Assembly: GCA_963665115.1 (NCBI GenBank)
Contig: OY762007.1
Span: 256,001-320,000 of the forward strand
Reading direction: 5' to 3'
Length of the DNA stretch: 64,000 bases
From: an uncultured Rivularia sp.
GTDB lineage: Bacteria > Cyanobacteriota > Cyanobacteriia > Cyanobacteriales > Nostocaceae
Below the pieces are notes generated by a model that worked only from the letters and a program-made list of their open reading frames with translations, was not told the origin of the DNA and made no database searches. A program made the position numbers and the translations under genes. Of the stretch, positions 21,477-31,629 are shown in pieces (within the stretch, counting starts at the first letter, position 1; each line of letters starts with the position of its first letter).

Positions 21477-22724
21477 TTATTCCCACACAGAATAATATCG
21501 ATCGCAAAATTGCCCATTTGTAATCACTTGACAATCTAATTCGGATAATTTTTGAATCATCTTTGTTTGTAAACGGTTTCCAGAAACGTTAAAAGTATGT
21601 AAATTATTAATTGCAGAATTCCCAAGTATAGCCATTGCACCACCGCTTCCCATATTTCCATCTGTGAGTTCAAGTACTTTCAAATTTTTCATGATTGGCG
21701 AATTAATAATAGCTTTGGCTAATTGACTTGTATTGTTGCTTTTCCTAATCGCTAAATACGCTAAGTTTTCACAATATTTACCTGATAAGATTGGTGCAAG
21801 ACTATCAATATTTACCTCTTTTAATTTATTTCTACTTACCCAAATCTCAAGGTATTCTAAAGATGGTAAATTTAAATTGCACAGTTCCGCTAGATTTTTA
21901 TCAGTTATACCATCAGCATCAATAATTAAGGTTTTTAAATAATCGTGTTTTATAGCTTTTGGTTTAACAAGAGATTTATTCTTGATATTACGGATTGCTA
22001 AAATTTTATTGTCAGATACCAAAATATCTTCATTAAGCATTTTACCCCGAATATGAAGTATTTCAAGATTCGGATATGCTTTGAGTATCGGATAAATATT
22101 ACAAACGTTAATCCTGGAATATTTATATTTTTTATTCCATGTTTCGCAATTATCTCCAATGAATAAAGCTTTTAAGCTCACAAGTTTATCTTTAGCATCT
22201 GCAAGTAAATCAACAAAGTTTTTAAAAGAATTTTTATGATTTTTGTCTTGATAATATATCTCAAATCTGAACGCTTCTAAATATTTGGCTCTCTTATAGT
22301 GTATTAATCTATTAAAATCGTATATATCGCTTATAGCATATACTGCATCATCTATAGTATTAATGAGTTTGTTGTGAGAAAAATATTCTTCATGTTGCCA
22401 ATTATCAAAAGTTGTAAAAACTAACCAAGGATCAAATTCTAATAATGCTTGTTTTCCTTTATTTTCAGACTTGCGTAAAATCGAAATAACTTTATTATTT
22501 ATCTCTTCCGATGAATCTCCTAAAGCTTCAATAACTAAATCTAACCCTTCATCCCCATAATTCAAAGCATCCGACAAAGCCTTAATTCGCACATCTACAA
22601 TTTCACTTTCCAACCGTCGCTTTACCCCTTCAATTCCTCCTAACACAACACCCGTAACCGGAGCCGGATTTTTCCCACCTAAAACTGCGTCGAATTCCCT
22701 TGGTTGATTTTTATTGCTATTCAT
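21477..22724 (-). CDS. STM4015-like LRR protein with shared N-terminal module
   Basis: LKALFIGD, YPNLEILHIRG, LPSLEYLEIW, ends RYYSVWE. Confidence 0.8.
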   Translation of the reverse strand: MNSNKNQPREFDAVLGGKNPAPVTGVVLGGIEGVKRRLESEIVDVRIKALSDALNYGDEGLDLVIEALGDSSEEINNKVISILRKSENKGKQALLEFDPWLVFTTFDNWQHEEYFSHNKLINTIDDAVYAISDIYDFNRLIHYKRAKYLEAFRFEIYYQDKNHKNSFKNFVDLLADAKDKLVSLKALFIGDNCETWNKKYKYSRINVCNIYPILKAYPNLEILHIRGKMLNEDILVSDNKILAIRNIKNKSLVKPKAIKHDYLKTLIIDADGITDKNLAELCNLNLPSLEYLEIWVSRNKLKEVNIDSLAPILSGKYCENLAYLAIRKSNNTSQLAKAIINSPIMKNLKVLELTDGNMGSGGAMAILGNSAINNLHTFNVSGNRLQTKMIQKLSELDCQVITNGQFCDRYYSVWE

Positions 22725-22783
22725 TTTTTTATTATTTGATATTTGCTAAAAAACTTTTGACAAATTTGGCGTTGATATTCACA

Positions 22784-22907
22784 CCTGCTTACGGTTGCAA
22801 ACCGCAAGCTAATAGCAGAAGTCCATTAAAATGGACTAATTGACTTGAATTATTCAGTCCTATTTATAGGACTTTTGCTGTTAGCCTTGGGTTTACAACC
22901 CAAGGTG
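22784..22907. repeat. Second full copy of the ~125-bp REPIN/MITE
   Basis: Arms nearly identical to 21346-21469, central loop different. Confidence 0.8.
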
Positions 22908-22918
22908 ATTTAGGGTTT

Positions 22919-24181
22919 TCACTCAGTCACAGCACAATACCGATATCCATATTCTTCTTCATCATGCTCGTCATTTTGCTTCTCTGCTAACAATTGACAA
23001 TTAAGCGTAGACAAATCATCAACCATTTCATCTGATAAACGAGCTTCGGAAACGTTAAGAATATCAAGCTCGTTTACCGCTGCACAACTAAGCAAAATTT
23101 CCGCACCTTCATCACTCAAATTTCCCAAAGATAGATCGAGTACGCTAATCGTTTCAATTAAAGGAGATTTAATTACAGCTGCTGCAATATCATCCGCAAA
23201 TTGACTGTTACGCAATCCTAAATAATTCAAATCGGGAAATACTAAATCTTTAACAATCGGTTTTACGTCTACAACCGTACAATCTCCACCATAGTTGTCG
23301 CTACCAAACCATAATTCTAAATGCTCTAATGCTGGGAGATTCATGTTGCAAATTTGAGCAACTGCTTGAGGCTCTAATCCCCCAGTTTCTACAATTAGCG
23401 TTTGTAAATTGTTGTGTCGCACTGGTGCATTGAATTGTAATCGCTCTCCCCCGCGTATTTGCAATACTTCTAATTGAGGATAAGCTCTCAAAATCGGACT
23501 TACATCTCCTTGTGCAATCCAAGATATTTCGCTTTCTTCGTAGTGAATGTCACCAATAAATATGGCTTTTAAGTTAGTTAATTTATCCTTAGCATCGACA
23601 AGCCCATCAACGATTTCATTGCTACCAATTTCCCTATCATCACTCCACAAACCAATAATCAAAGCTTCTAATTGACTGGCTCGCGAATCTTGCAAAATAC
23701 TTGTAATTTGTTCTGCTATGGAAGGGCGACTACCATCCCAATCCCATCGTAAAGCATAAGCTGTATTCGCAGCGTCTTCAATCCCAACTTCCGAAGAATA
23801 ATCAACAACCTGACGATTAGCAAACCGCTCGGCGTGCAACCCTTTATACCCCCTATATCCCTGCAATCGCTCAAATAAATCCCAAGGTTGATATTCTCGC
23901 AACGCTTGCTTAACCTTTGCTTCTTCTCTACGTCGCAATAACTTATAAGCATGACGCTGTAATATCTTCGGTTTATTTTGCAATGCTTGAATCACCAACT
24001 CCAAACCAACTTCTTGATAGTTAAGAGCATCGGTAAGCGCTGCCAATTTTACGTCTGCTACCGGATTCGATAACCTACGCTTTATCCCCTCAATTCCACC
24101 TAACACCGCACCATGAATCGGAGGTGGAGATTGTCCCCCCAAGACAGCATCATATTTTCCCGGTTGTTGATTCTCTGGCAT
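22919..24181 (-). CDS. STM4015-family LRR protein (most canonical copy) with shared N-terminal module
   Basis: LEALIIGLW, LKAIFIGDI.YEESEISWIAQGD, LIVETGGL, LELWFGSDNYGG, ends RYCAVTE. Confidence 0.85.
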   Translation of the reverse strand: MPENQQPGKYDAVLGGQSPPPIHGAVLGGIEGIKRRLSNPVADVKLAALTDALNYQEVGLELVIQALQNKPKILQRHAYKLLRRREEAKVKQALREYQPWDLFERLQGYRGYKGLHAERFANRQVVDYSSEVGIEDAANTAYALRWDWDGSRPSIAEQITSILQDSRASQLEALIIGLWSDDREIGSNEIVDGLVDAKDKLTNLKAIFIGDIHYEESEISWIAQGDVSPILRAYPQLEVLQIRGGERLQFNAPVRHNNLQTLIVETGGLEPQAVAQICNMNLPALEHLELWFGSDNYGGDCTVVDVKPIVKDLVFPDLNYLGLRNSQFADDIAAAVIKSPLIETISVLDLSLGNLSDEGAEILLSCAAVNELDILNVSEARLSDEMVDDLSTLNCQLLAEKQNDEHDEEEYGYRYCAVTE

Positions 24182-24325
24182 GACACTCTTTTTAGAACTA
24201 CTGCTATTAGATTTCCCAAAAATGGTGATCGCTTATACATCTGCTGACATTTTTACCCGTCACCATTTGTAATTTAATCCTAGAAAATAGGATAGTACAT
24301 TAGTTCTATAAAAGAAACCCCCTAA

Positions 24326-24459
24326 TGTAGAGACGTAGCACTGCTACGTCTCCCCGCATTTCTGGTTGTATCGATAATTCCTTCAAATGCGGTAAAAGGA
24401 AATGTCATATATAGACAACCTAATACCTAAGAAAGACGTTGCACTGCAACGTCTCTACA
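24326..24459. repeat. Inverted doublet of the GTAGAGACGTAGCACTGCTACGTCTC REP; other copies near 13130, 15850, 16352, 34945, 45816, 50101, 50216, 59168
   Basis: TGTAGAGACGTAGCACTGCTACGTCTCC ... AAGACGTTGCACTGCAACGTCTCTACA. Confidence 0.8.
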
Positions 24460-24855
24460 TTGGTTATCTGTATTTATTTAGGACATTGGTTATCTGTAGT
24501 TATTTACGACATCTGAATCACACCACAAGCAAGACGACTACCTGCATCACCGCTTGGCTGGGATTTCAAATCGTCTGCTCCTGAATGGACGATAACGGCT
24601 TTACCTACTATGGAGTTATTTATTTGGATAGATGTTCATGACTAAATGTAAAGGATTAAAGGAAAACTCGAACTTAGTTTGCTGCCGATAGGTGAGTGTT
24701 AAGTTAAAGATAGTATTTATTGGTAAAAATAATCTTACCTTAATCAGAGTTTTACCCGTATTGTTCTCAAATTATATAAAAAAAATGAATCAATCTCGAA
24801 TTAGTCTCTCTTAGTGATAGGATGTTACCTCGATGTTTATTCTTTGAAATAAATC

Positions 24856-25368
24856 ATGGCTAAGAATACTCTTCGTAATTTGTTGATCGGTGCGGGTGTT
24901 GCTGCGGCTGGTGCAATTGGAACCAAGAAAGCAGTAGACTACTTCAAGAATCGTGGAAAAGAAGAAGCACCACCAGAAAGCGAACCCGATGCTGAAGCAC
25001 CCGCAGAAGATGAGGTTGCTTTTGCTTCTGTTGAAGAAAGTTCCGTTCAAGGCTTTTTAGATTCAAGCTTTGGTGACGCAGGGCGTTACGTTCCCAATCG
25101 TCCGCCGAAGATTTTTGAATATCAAGGCGAACAGTACATGGTGATTTGGGCTTACGACAACAAGCAACAGAAAAATCAGATGATGGCTTTCAAGTATACT
25201 GATGCTGGTCGTAAGATGGTTGCCAGTGTTGGATATACTTCCGACAAAACTGATTATAATCTCAGCTTAGATCCAACACCTTTTGCTGTTGAAGTAAATG
25301 GTGATAAGTTGCAATCAGGGCAGTCTACAACTGCTGGTACTAATGATGTGGATTTTGTTCTAGCTTGA
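24856..25368 (+). CDS. Hypothetical protein with N-terminal membrane anchor
   Basis: Hydrophobic LLIGAGVAAAGAIG segment; hairpin downstream at 25407-25437. Confidence 0.7.
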   Translation: MAKNTLRNLLIGAGVAAAGAIGTKKAVDYFKNRGKEEAPPESEPDAEAPAEDEVAFASVEESSVQGFLDSSFGDAGRYVPNRPPKIFEYQGEQYMVIWAYDNKQQKNQMMAFKYTDAGRKMVASVGYTSDKTDYNLSLDPTPFAVEVNGDKLQSGQSTTAGTNDVDFVLA

Positions 25369-25857
25369 TTAAGTTAAAACAAAATTAGATTTTTGAACAA
25401 ATTCTAAAAACCCGGTTTTTCAGAAAAACCGGGTTTCTAATTTTTAGAAATAATTTCGGAATTATTGTTATCACCAATATCGATCATAAATCAAACACTC
25501 TTAATAAATATTTTCTTTCTCATCCTATCGCCAGAGAAATATTGTAAGAAATAATTAAATATTACTTCTATAGAAGGAGCAATATTTGTAGTATTAAGCG
25601 CTAAATTTTAATCAGTGAATAGAATACTTGTAAAAGTGTCAAGGGTTAGCGGTATCAGAGCTACTGTTGATACGGGTTAATTTATAGCACATCACGCTTA
25701 AATAATACACGTAAATATTTTTAGTTGTGAAGTGAGCTATTTTCTTAACGACTCAATAGTTTCGCAAGCAATTATATCGTCCTCGTCTTGCCGTTTATCT
25801 GTTATTTACCTTTAACGCTTTTACTGCCCTCCGTAAATTTAAAAGAGAGAAGAACAC

Positions 25858-26307
25858 ATGGCTAATCCACTTGAAAATATCATTCCAAACCAATCTTCTG
25901 TAACTCAGAAGAAGTCCGACGCTCACACCCTAAAGTCTCGTTTGGAGTGGGGTGAGCCTGCATTTACCATTCTCGACGTGCGCGATCGCCCAACCTACAA
26001 TGACGGTCACATCATGGGCGCTGTATCAATGTCGATGGATGGTTTAGGTGATACAGCAGCGGAAAGTTTAGCTAAAACTCGTGATATCTACGTTTACGGC
26101 ACTAGCGATGATGATACTACTCAAGCCGCACAAGCTTTGAGAAGTAAAGGTTTTGAAAATGTATCCGAGCTAAAAGGTGGACTTGCTGCATGGAAAGCAA
26201 TCGGCGGCCCTACTGAAGGTATTGTAGAATCAAGAACTCCTGTTGGTAAGGATGACTTAAACGTCGTCGATAGAATGAAAGACCAAGCAGAAAATATGAA
26301 CAAGTAA
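25858..26307 (+). CDS. Rhodanese-like domain protein
   Basis: ILDVRDR..YNDGHIMGA...LKGGLAAWKAIGGPTE. Confidence 0.85.
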   Translation: MANPLENIIPNQSSVTQKKSDAHTLKSRLEWGEPAFTILDVRDRPTYNDGHIMGAVSMSMDGLGDTAAESLAKTRDIYVYGTSDDDTTQAAQALRSKGFENVSELKGGLAAWKAIGGPTEGIVESRTPVGKDDLNVVDRMKDQAENMNK

Positions 26308-26382
26308 GTCTATTTTTGATTTAATGGTTCGTAGTAAGGACTTTAGTCCTTTAATTTAGGATTTAAGTCCTTACTATGAACC

Positions 26383-27012
26383 TTAATGCTCAAATAAACC
26401 CTGGAACTGTAATAAATCCAACTGCACTATTGTTGGTAAGCATTTGAAACAATCCTCAGCTAATTGCAATCTCTCTTCACGTTCGAGCATTTCTATCAAC
26501 TTTCGCCGAATACTTACCAAATAACGCACGTCGTTAGCGGCATAACTTAGCTGAGCATCGGATAAATTTTCAGCGTTACCCCAATCGGAAGATTGAGCGC
26601 TTTTATCGAGTTCTACTTCTTCCAATTGCATCACCAATTCTTTAAGCCCGTGTCTGGGAGTATAGGTACGAACTAATTTACTGGCAATCTTGGTGCAGAA
26701 AACCGGATTTACGATGATTCCCAGATAATGACGTAACGTTGCCAAGTCAAAACGAGCAAAGTGAAATATTTTGACGACATTATCTGCTTCAAAAAGTTTT
26801 TTCATGTTGGGGGCTTCAGTTTGTCCCTTGGCAATGCGGACAACCGTTACCTTACCTTTATCGTCCGCTATCTGCACCAAGCATAAACGGTCGCGTAAAG
26901 GCAATAATCCCATCGTTTCGGTATCTACAGCAATCGCTTCACACTTGAGATATTCCGAAAGAGTCGAATCATCAAAATCGCGATCGCAAACCTGAAAATC
27001 TTGTAATTCCAT
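26383..27012 (-). CDS. rnd: Ribonuclease D-like 3'-5' exonuclease
   Basis: AVDTETMGL, RLCLVQ, KIFHFARFD, QSSDWG, YAANDV (DEDDy). Confidence 0.88.
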   Translation of the reverse strand: MELQDFQVCDRDFDDSTLSEYLKCEAIAVDTETMGLLPLRDRLCLVQIADDKGKVTVVRIAKGQTEAPNMKKLFEADNVVKIFHFARFDLATLRHYLGIIVNPVFCTKIASKLVRTYTPRHGLKELVMQLEEVELDKSAQSSDWGNAENLSDAQLSYAANDVRYLVSIRRKLIEMLEREERLQLAEDCFKCLPTIVQLDLLQFQGLFEH

Positions 27013-27098
27013 GAATCCTTAAAAATCAATGCAGTGTTTGTCGTCTTTAAAATTTCGTCAAACACTACTTTATTATTAAAAAAAATAATAAATCAAAC

Positions 27099-27644
27099 TT
27101 ATCTACTACGAATAAAAATTTGTGTCAAAAAATATTCGTCCTCGCTATTTACGGCAACACCAACCCCGGTTAAGTCATATTTGCCATGAATATTCTTGAG
27201 ATGTGTGGGACTCTCAATCCAACCTTTTACAGCTTCGGCAACCGGATCTTCATACCCAAAGTTGAAAGCAACGTTTTCAGATGCACTGTTATAGCGAATA
27301 AAAGTACCATCAACTCTTTTAGCAAATCCATTATGACTAAACGGGACTCGGTGTTTTGCCATATTCTGGCTGTGAATCCTCGCTTGCTTGGAAATTTTGC
27401 TATCTAGCTTCAACTTTGGCAATTTTTTGGAAACTCGATATTGATTTATTTTGTCAAATATGGACTTTTCCAAATCGGTAGTTTTTACAGTATTAGATAG
27501 CTTAACCGGATGTGACGGAATTAACAATGATTTGTTTGTGGTGGCCTCGCTCGTAGACGTATGACCGGGTACGGGCTTTGTGGCCATAGCACTCGCTAAC
27601 ACAATACTCGTAAAAGCAATGCCAATAATAGTTTTTCGGCTCAT
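27099..27644 (-). CDS. CAP/SCP-domain exported protein
   Basis: INQYR...ARIHSQNMA...FSH...SENVA...GWIESPTHLKNI...TGVGV...LTQIF. Confidence 0.88.
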   Translation of the reverse strand: MSRKTIIGIAFTSIVLASAMATKPVPGHTSTSEATTNKSLLIPSHPVKLSNTVKTTDLEKSIFDKINQYRVSKKLPKLKLDSKISKQARIHSQNMAKHRVPFSHNGFAKRVDGTFIRYNSASENVAFNFGYEDPVAEAVKGWIESPTHLKNIHGKYDLTGVGVAVNSEDEYFLTQIFIRSR

Positions 27645-28018
27645 GGGCAATTACATAGTTGATAGTCTCTTCAGACGCTAACTCAGGTTTAATGGTTTCG
27701 TTATATACCCGTATTTTTTTAAGTGTTTTATTATTTAAAGAATCTTTGCACATCCTCTCTCAGCCGTCAAGACTAGTCAATTAAGGTAATTTTTATATGA
27801 TTTTTAGATTAAGCGATTCCAAATTATGAATGAAGACTTTAAAAAGTTTTAATTTATTTAGGCAATTATTCGGACTCAGTATCCGGGTTGTTAATTCGAT
27901 ATTAAAATATTTTGTAATTAGTGATAAATAATACTGAAAAATTAGAACTCAATTTAAAATATGAAAAGCAAAAATTAGTCAAAAAAAATACACTTCACTA
28001 ACTGATAAAAACTTAAAA

Positions 28019-28194
28019 TATAGCGGTTTTTGGTTGAATTCAACATAGAAGATGCTACTACGCAGGCAAACTTTGGCTATGTAGTAGCAGCTTTCATTTG
28101 GATGCAACACAGATTAACCTCTCCTAATATGCGGCTACCGCAGGAGGAGTGTATGAGATTTCGAGTGTATTGGACTCAACTGAAAAGCCCTATA
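28019..28194. mobile_element. MITE with imperfect ~29-bp terminal inverted repeats and TATA ends
   Basis: TATAGCGGTTTTTGGTTGAATTCAACATA vs reverse complement of right end TATAGGGCTTTTCAGTTGAGTCCAATACA. Confidence 0.55.
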
Positions 28195-28911
28195 GTGGCA
28201 GCTTGATCCGTAAGATTAAATATATAATTAGATTTTTATCTATTTTATGCAATTAGCAAAGGTTGGGGTTGCAGAGTGACTTCTAAAGATCTACCTCTGC
28301 GAATTATCTTCATTTGTAAATTATTGCCGACTCCAGTATTCTCAACTATCTGCTGTATGTCTTTGGCATTTGTTAAAAAACGTTATTTTACAACTTCTTC
28401 TTAAGACTTAGCTGACTGTAAGCTATTATTGGTAGCTAATGATGAATTTTTTAAGCCTGTAGAACAACTGCTTAAAACTGTAGTTCCTACTGCCATTAAA
28501 GTTAATACTAAGAATCAATGTAATTTGACATATTTATTCAAAAAATAAATATTAAACAGTATTTTTCTCTTAATTCTGTATAGTTTTGTATTAAACAAAC
28601 TCTATTTTGAGTAAATAAGTGAAAGCAGCATGAGGCAGATTTATTTTTAATCATGACGAAGATCAAAATTGTTTCGCTAATTTATTATTTCCCAGATCCT
28701 TCTTTAGTACTTAAGATTTAATCACGTTCTTTCTGAAGATAGATTTTATTTTTAAAGCTCTATGCTTATCTTTGAGAAGATTTACACTTATAAAGCGATA
28801 TAAACACAGCAATACGCTCTCAAATATTAGATTACGATGGATTTAAAGTAAAATCGGATAGTTTGTTAATCAATCGAAGCTTATATAATCCATGTCAAAC
28901 TTGATAATTCA

Positions 28912-29673
28912 TTGATGATTGCATCATTATTAGCCGCACCCTTAAATTTTATTTCAACCGCAGCAATCGCCATCGGATTAGCTATAGTTCATCTATTTAG
29001 CGGAAAACTGCGCTTTGCTAAATTTCCTCGCAGTCGCTGGTTAAGCGGTGCGGGTGGAGTCTCGGTTGCTTACGTTTTTGTGCATATTCTACCGGAATTA
29101 AGCGAACATCAAGCAGTTTTAGAAGAAGCGGAAAAAGGTATTATTTCTTATTTAGAACACCACAGTTACCTTTTAGCATTATTAGGATTAACCATATTTT
29201 ACGGTTTAGAAAAAATGGCGAGCGAATCTCGCGGAAGTCAAGATAAATCAGGAAAAGGAGACATTACAACCCAAGGAGTCTTTTGGATACACATTGCATC
29301 TTTTGCAATATACAATGCTCTGATTGGTTACTTGTTAATGCATCGAGAAGAGCCAGATATCGAAAATTTGTTGCTATATAGTTTAGCAATGGCACTGCAT
29401 TTTGTTGTCAACGACTTCGGTTTAAGAGAAAATCACAAACATTCTTACGATCGAATCGGACGCTGGATACTAGCAGCAGCAATTATTGTCGGTTGGGTAG
29501 TAGGTAGCGGTACTCAAATCGGAGAAACTGCGATCGCCGTTATTTTTGCTTTTTTAGCAGGAGGAATTATTCTTAATGTATTAAAAGAAGAACTTCCCGA
29601 AGAACGAGAAAGCCGTTTTTGGGCTTTTGGGTTAGGTGCAGCAATTTATAGTGCTTTACTTTTAGCTTTATAA
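28912..29673 (+). CDS. Multi-pass membrane protein, ZIP-like metal permease candidate
   Basis: GGVSVAYVFVHILPEL, LHFVVND, FLAGGIILNVLKEELP; ~8 hydrophobic segments. Confidence 0.65.
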   Translation: MMIASLLAAPLNFISTAAIAIGLAIVHLFSGKLRFAKFPRSRWLSGAGGVSVAYVFVHILPELSEHQAVLEEAEKGIISYLEHHSYLLALLGLTIFYGLEKMASESRGSQDKSGKGDITTQGVFWIHIASFAIYNALIGYLLMHREEPDIENLLLYSLAMALHFVVNDFGLRENHKHSYDRIGRWILAAAIIVGWVVGSGTQIGETAIAVIFAFLAGGIILNVLKEELPEERESRFWAFGLGAAIYSALLLAL

Positions 29674-30022
29674 TTAAACTTTTTGCTTATACTCTTTTTA
29701 ATCTGATTTTATGGATGACAGATTAAGTAAATTAAAAAACCTATGAAAAAGTATCTTACTATCTCTGAGGATACTTGGTATTCTATCTTTAGAAAGAATA
29801 TGAAAATAATAACAAGTATTGCCTTAGCTAGAAGATTTTATTAGAAAAAGTATATATATTGATAACACCAAATCAAATTTATTTTAATCATGATATTGAA
29901 TGTAAATTAATGTTGATTAATCTATTTATAAATAAAAACAAACATTTACTTAAAGAGTTTATAAAAAAATCTGACTGCATCTACTGAATTAACCAATTAA
30001 ATGGAGCATCAAAGAGCTATCC

Positions 30023-30652
30023 GTGCTAAAACAAAAAAGAAATATCAGAACCTGGAAAAAACTTTTGAGCGGCTTTGCAGTTTTAATTCCGTTTCTTCCC
30101 TTAGCTGCTTTTGCAATTCCTAAACGTCCAAATCCTAAACGCAATCCTTGTCCTAAAATTTACTACGAGGAGCCTTACAACAATAAGATATTAGTACCAG
30201 CAGGATGTACCCCGAATGCTGCTACTGCACGTTGGAAAAAAACTGGACAAGCTGTAGATCAATCTATCAATGTAGTAAATCCAGATACAAGCGTCAAGCC
30301 AATACAGCCTCCTATCCCGGAGAATCGCGCTAACGCTATTGCGACTATCAAGCCAATGATGGGTAAAGTCAGCATAATGTTGAAAAACGATACTAATGCT
30401 CGCATTTCCTATCAAGCCGTTACCCATACTCAAGTGAGATATTTAGAAGGTGGAGAAGAAGTCACTTTACGAGATATTCCTACACCTGTGACCATCACTA
30501 TGGTAAGAGAAGATAAAGGACTGTTACGAGTAATGCCGATGTCTACCGAAGAAGACGGTATGTTAACAATTACTTTGGATGAAAAAACCAAATTTGATAA
30601 TAACCAAGGTGTTTTAAGAATTCAGGAAGATGGACAAGTCTTTTTGAACTAA
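30023..30652 (+). CDS. Exported hypothetical protein
   Basis: Signal peptide; CPKIYYEEPY...VPAGCTPN segment. Confidence 0.7.
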   Translation: MLKQKRNIRTWKKLLSGFAVLIPFLPLAAFAIPKRPNPKRNPCPKIYYEEPYNNKILVPAGCTPNAATARWKKTGQAVDQSINVVNPDTSVKPIQPPIPENRANAIATIKPMMGKVSIMLKNDTNARISYQAVTHTQVRYLEGGEEVTLRDIPTPVTITMVREDKGLLRVMPMSTEEDGMLTITLDEKTKFDNNQGVLRIQEDGQVFLN

Positions 30653-30754
30653 TTATCAAAAAGGGTGCAGTTAATTTTTAAAGTGAGGAGAAAAATGGAT
30701 CGAGTTCGTAACGAAAAAGATAACTTTTATTTCAGTAAAAAGCAGGGTGGATTT

Positions 30755-31537
30755 ATGAATAAATTTTTAAGATTTCAGGGTGCAATAGCTTTAAGTATAA
30801 TGGCTTTGGTACTTCCCGCTTGCAGTAACGATGAAGCAAAGGTTCCTGGTACGGGAAATGTTACTACTCAGGAAGTTGCAAATAATGCTGCTGCCTTAGA
30901 TGGTAAAACTGTAACTGTAAGAAGCGAACCTAAAGGAAAAGTTGGTCCCGCTTCCTTTACCGTTGAAGATGAAAAATTCTTTGGTACCGAATCTATTTTA
31001 GTTGTTAATGCTTCCGGAGAACCTTTTGTTTTACCAGAAGATGACGATATAGACATCCAGGTAACGGGTATAGTTCGCAATTTTGTAATTGCAGATGTTG
31101 AAAGTGAATACAATTTAAAATTAGATAAGCAGTACTACGTAGAGTACGAAAATAAACCAGCAATTATCGCTCAGTCGATTGCATTATCTCCCGATCCAGG
31201 TGATATTACTAAGAATCCGGAAAAATATTATAATAAGCGACTTGCAGTAACGGGTGAAGTAGAAGATATTCAGGATGCTAACACCTTCACCCTGGATGAA
31301 GAAAAGTTGTTTGGGGCTACAGATTTGTTAGTTCTTAATCCTAAACCAAAAGTAGTTGTCAAAGACGATGAAGTCGTTGCGGTTACTGGAGTACTTCGTC
31401 CCTTTGTGCTAGCAGACTTTGAACGTGAATACGAGTTAGGTTGGGATTTAAAGCTTAAACAGAAAATAGAAGCTGAGTACGAAACTAAACCTGTATTTGT
31501 AGCTGATAGCGTTTATCCTTCTGCAATTTCCGAATAA
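30755..31537 (+). CDS. Lipoprotein with two tandem OB-fold-like repeats
   Basis: Lipobox LPAC; duplicated (V)TG.VR.FV.A..E.EY.L...EYE.KP. Confidence 0.7.
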   Translation: MNKFLRFQGAIALSIMALVLPACSNDEAKVPGTGNVTTQEVANNAAALDGKTVTVRSEPKGKVGPASFTVEDEKFFGTESILVVNASGEPFVLPEDDDIDIQVTGIVRNFVIADVESEYNLKLDKQYYVEYENKPAIIAQSIALSPDPGDITKNPEKYYNKRLAVTGEVEDIQDANTFTLDEEKLFGATDLLVLNPKPKVVVKDDEVVAVTGVLRPFVLADFEREYELGWDLKLKQKIEAEYETKPVFVADSVYPSAISE

Positions 31538-31557
31538 TATTGATTTGTTGTTCAAAC

Positions 31558-31589
31558 AAAGGCTGAGATCGAAGTAATCTCAGCCTTTT
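31558..31589 (+). terminator. Intrinsic terminator-like hairpin
   Basis: AAAGGCTGAGAT-CGAAGTA-ATCTCAGCCTTTT. Confidence 0.6.
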
Positions 31590-31629
31590 AACTGTTTTAT
31601 GTTATTTCCCAACTACTATTCCTAAAACA

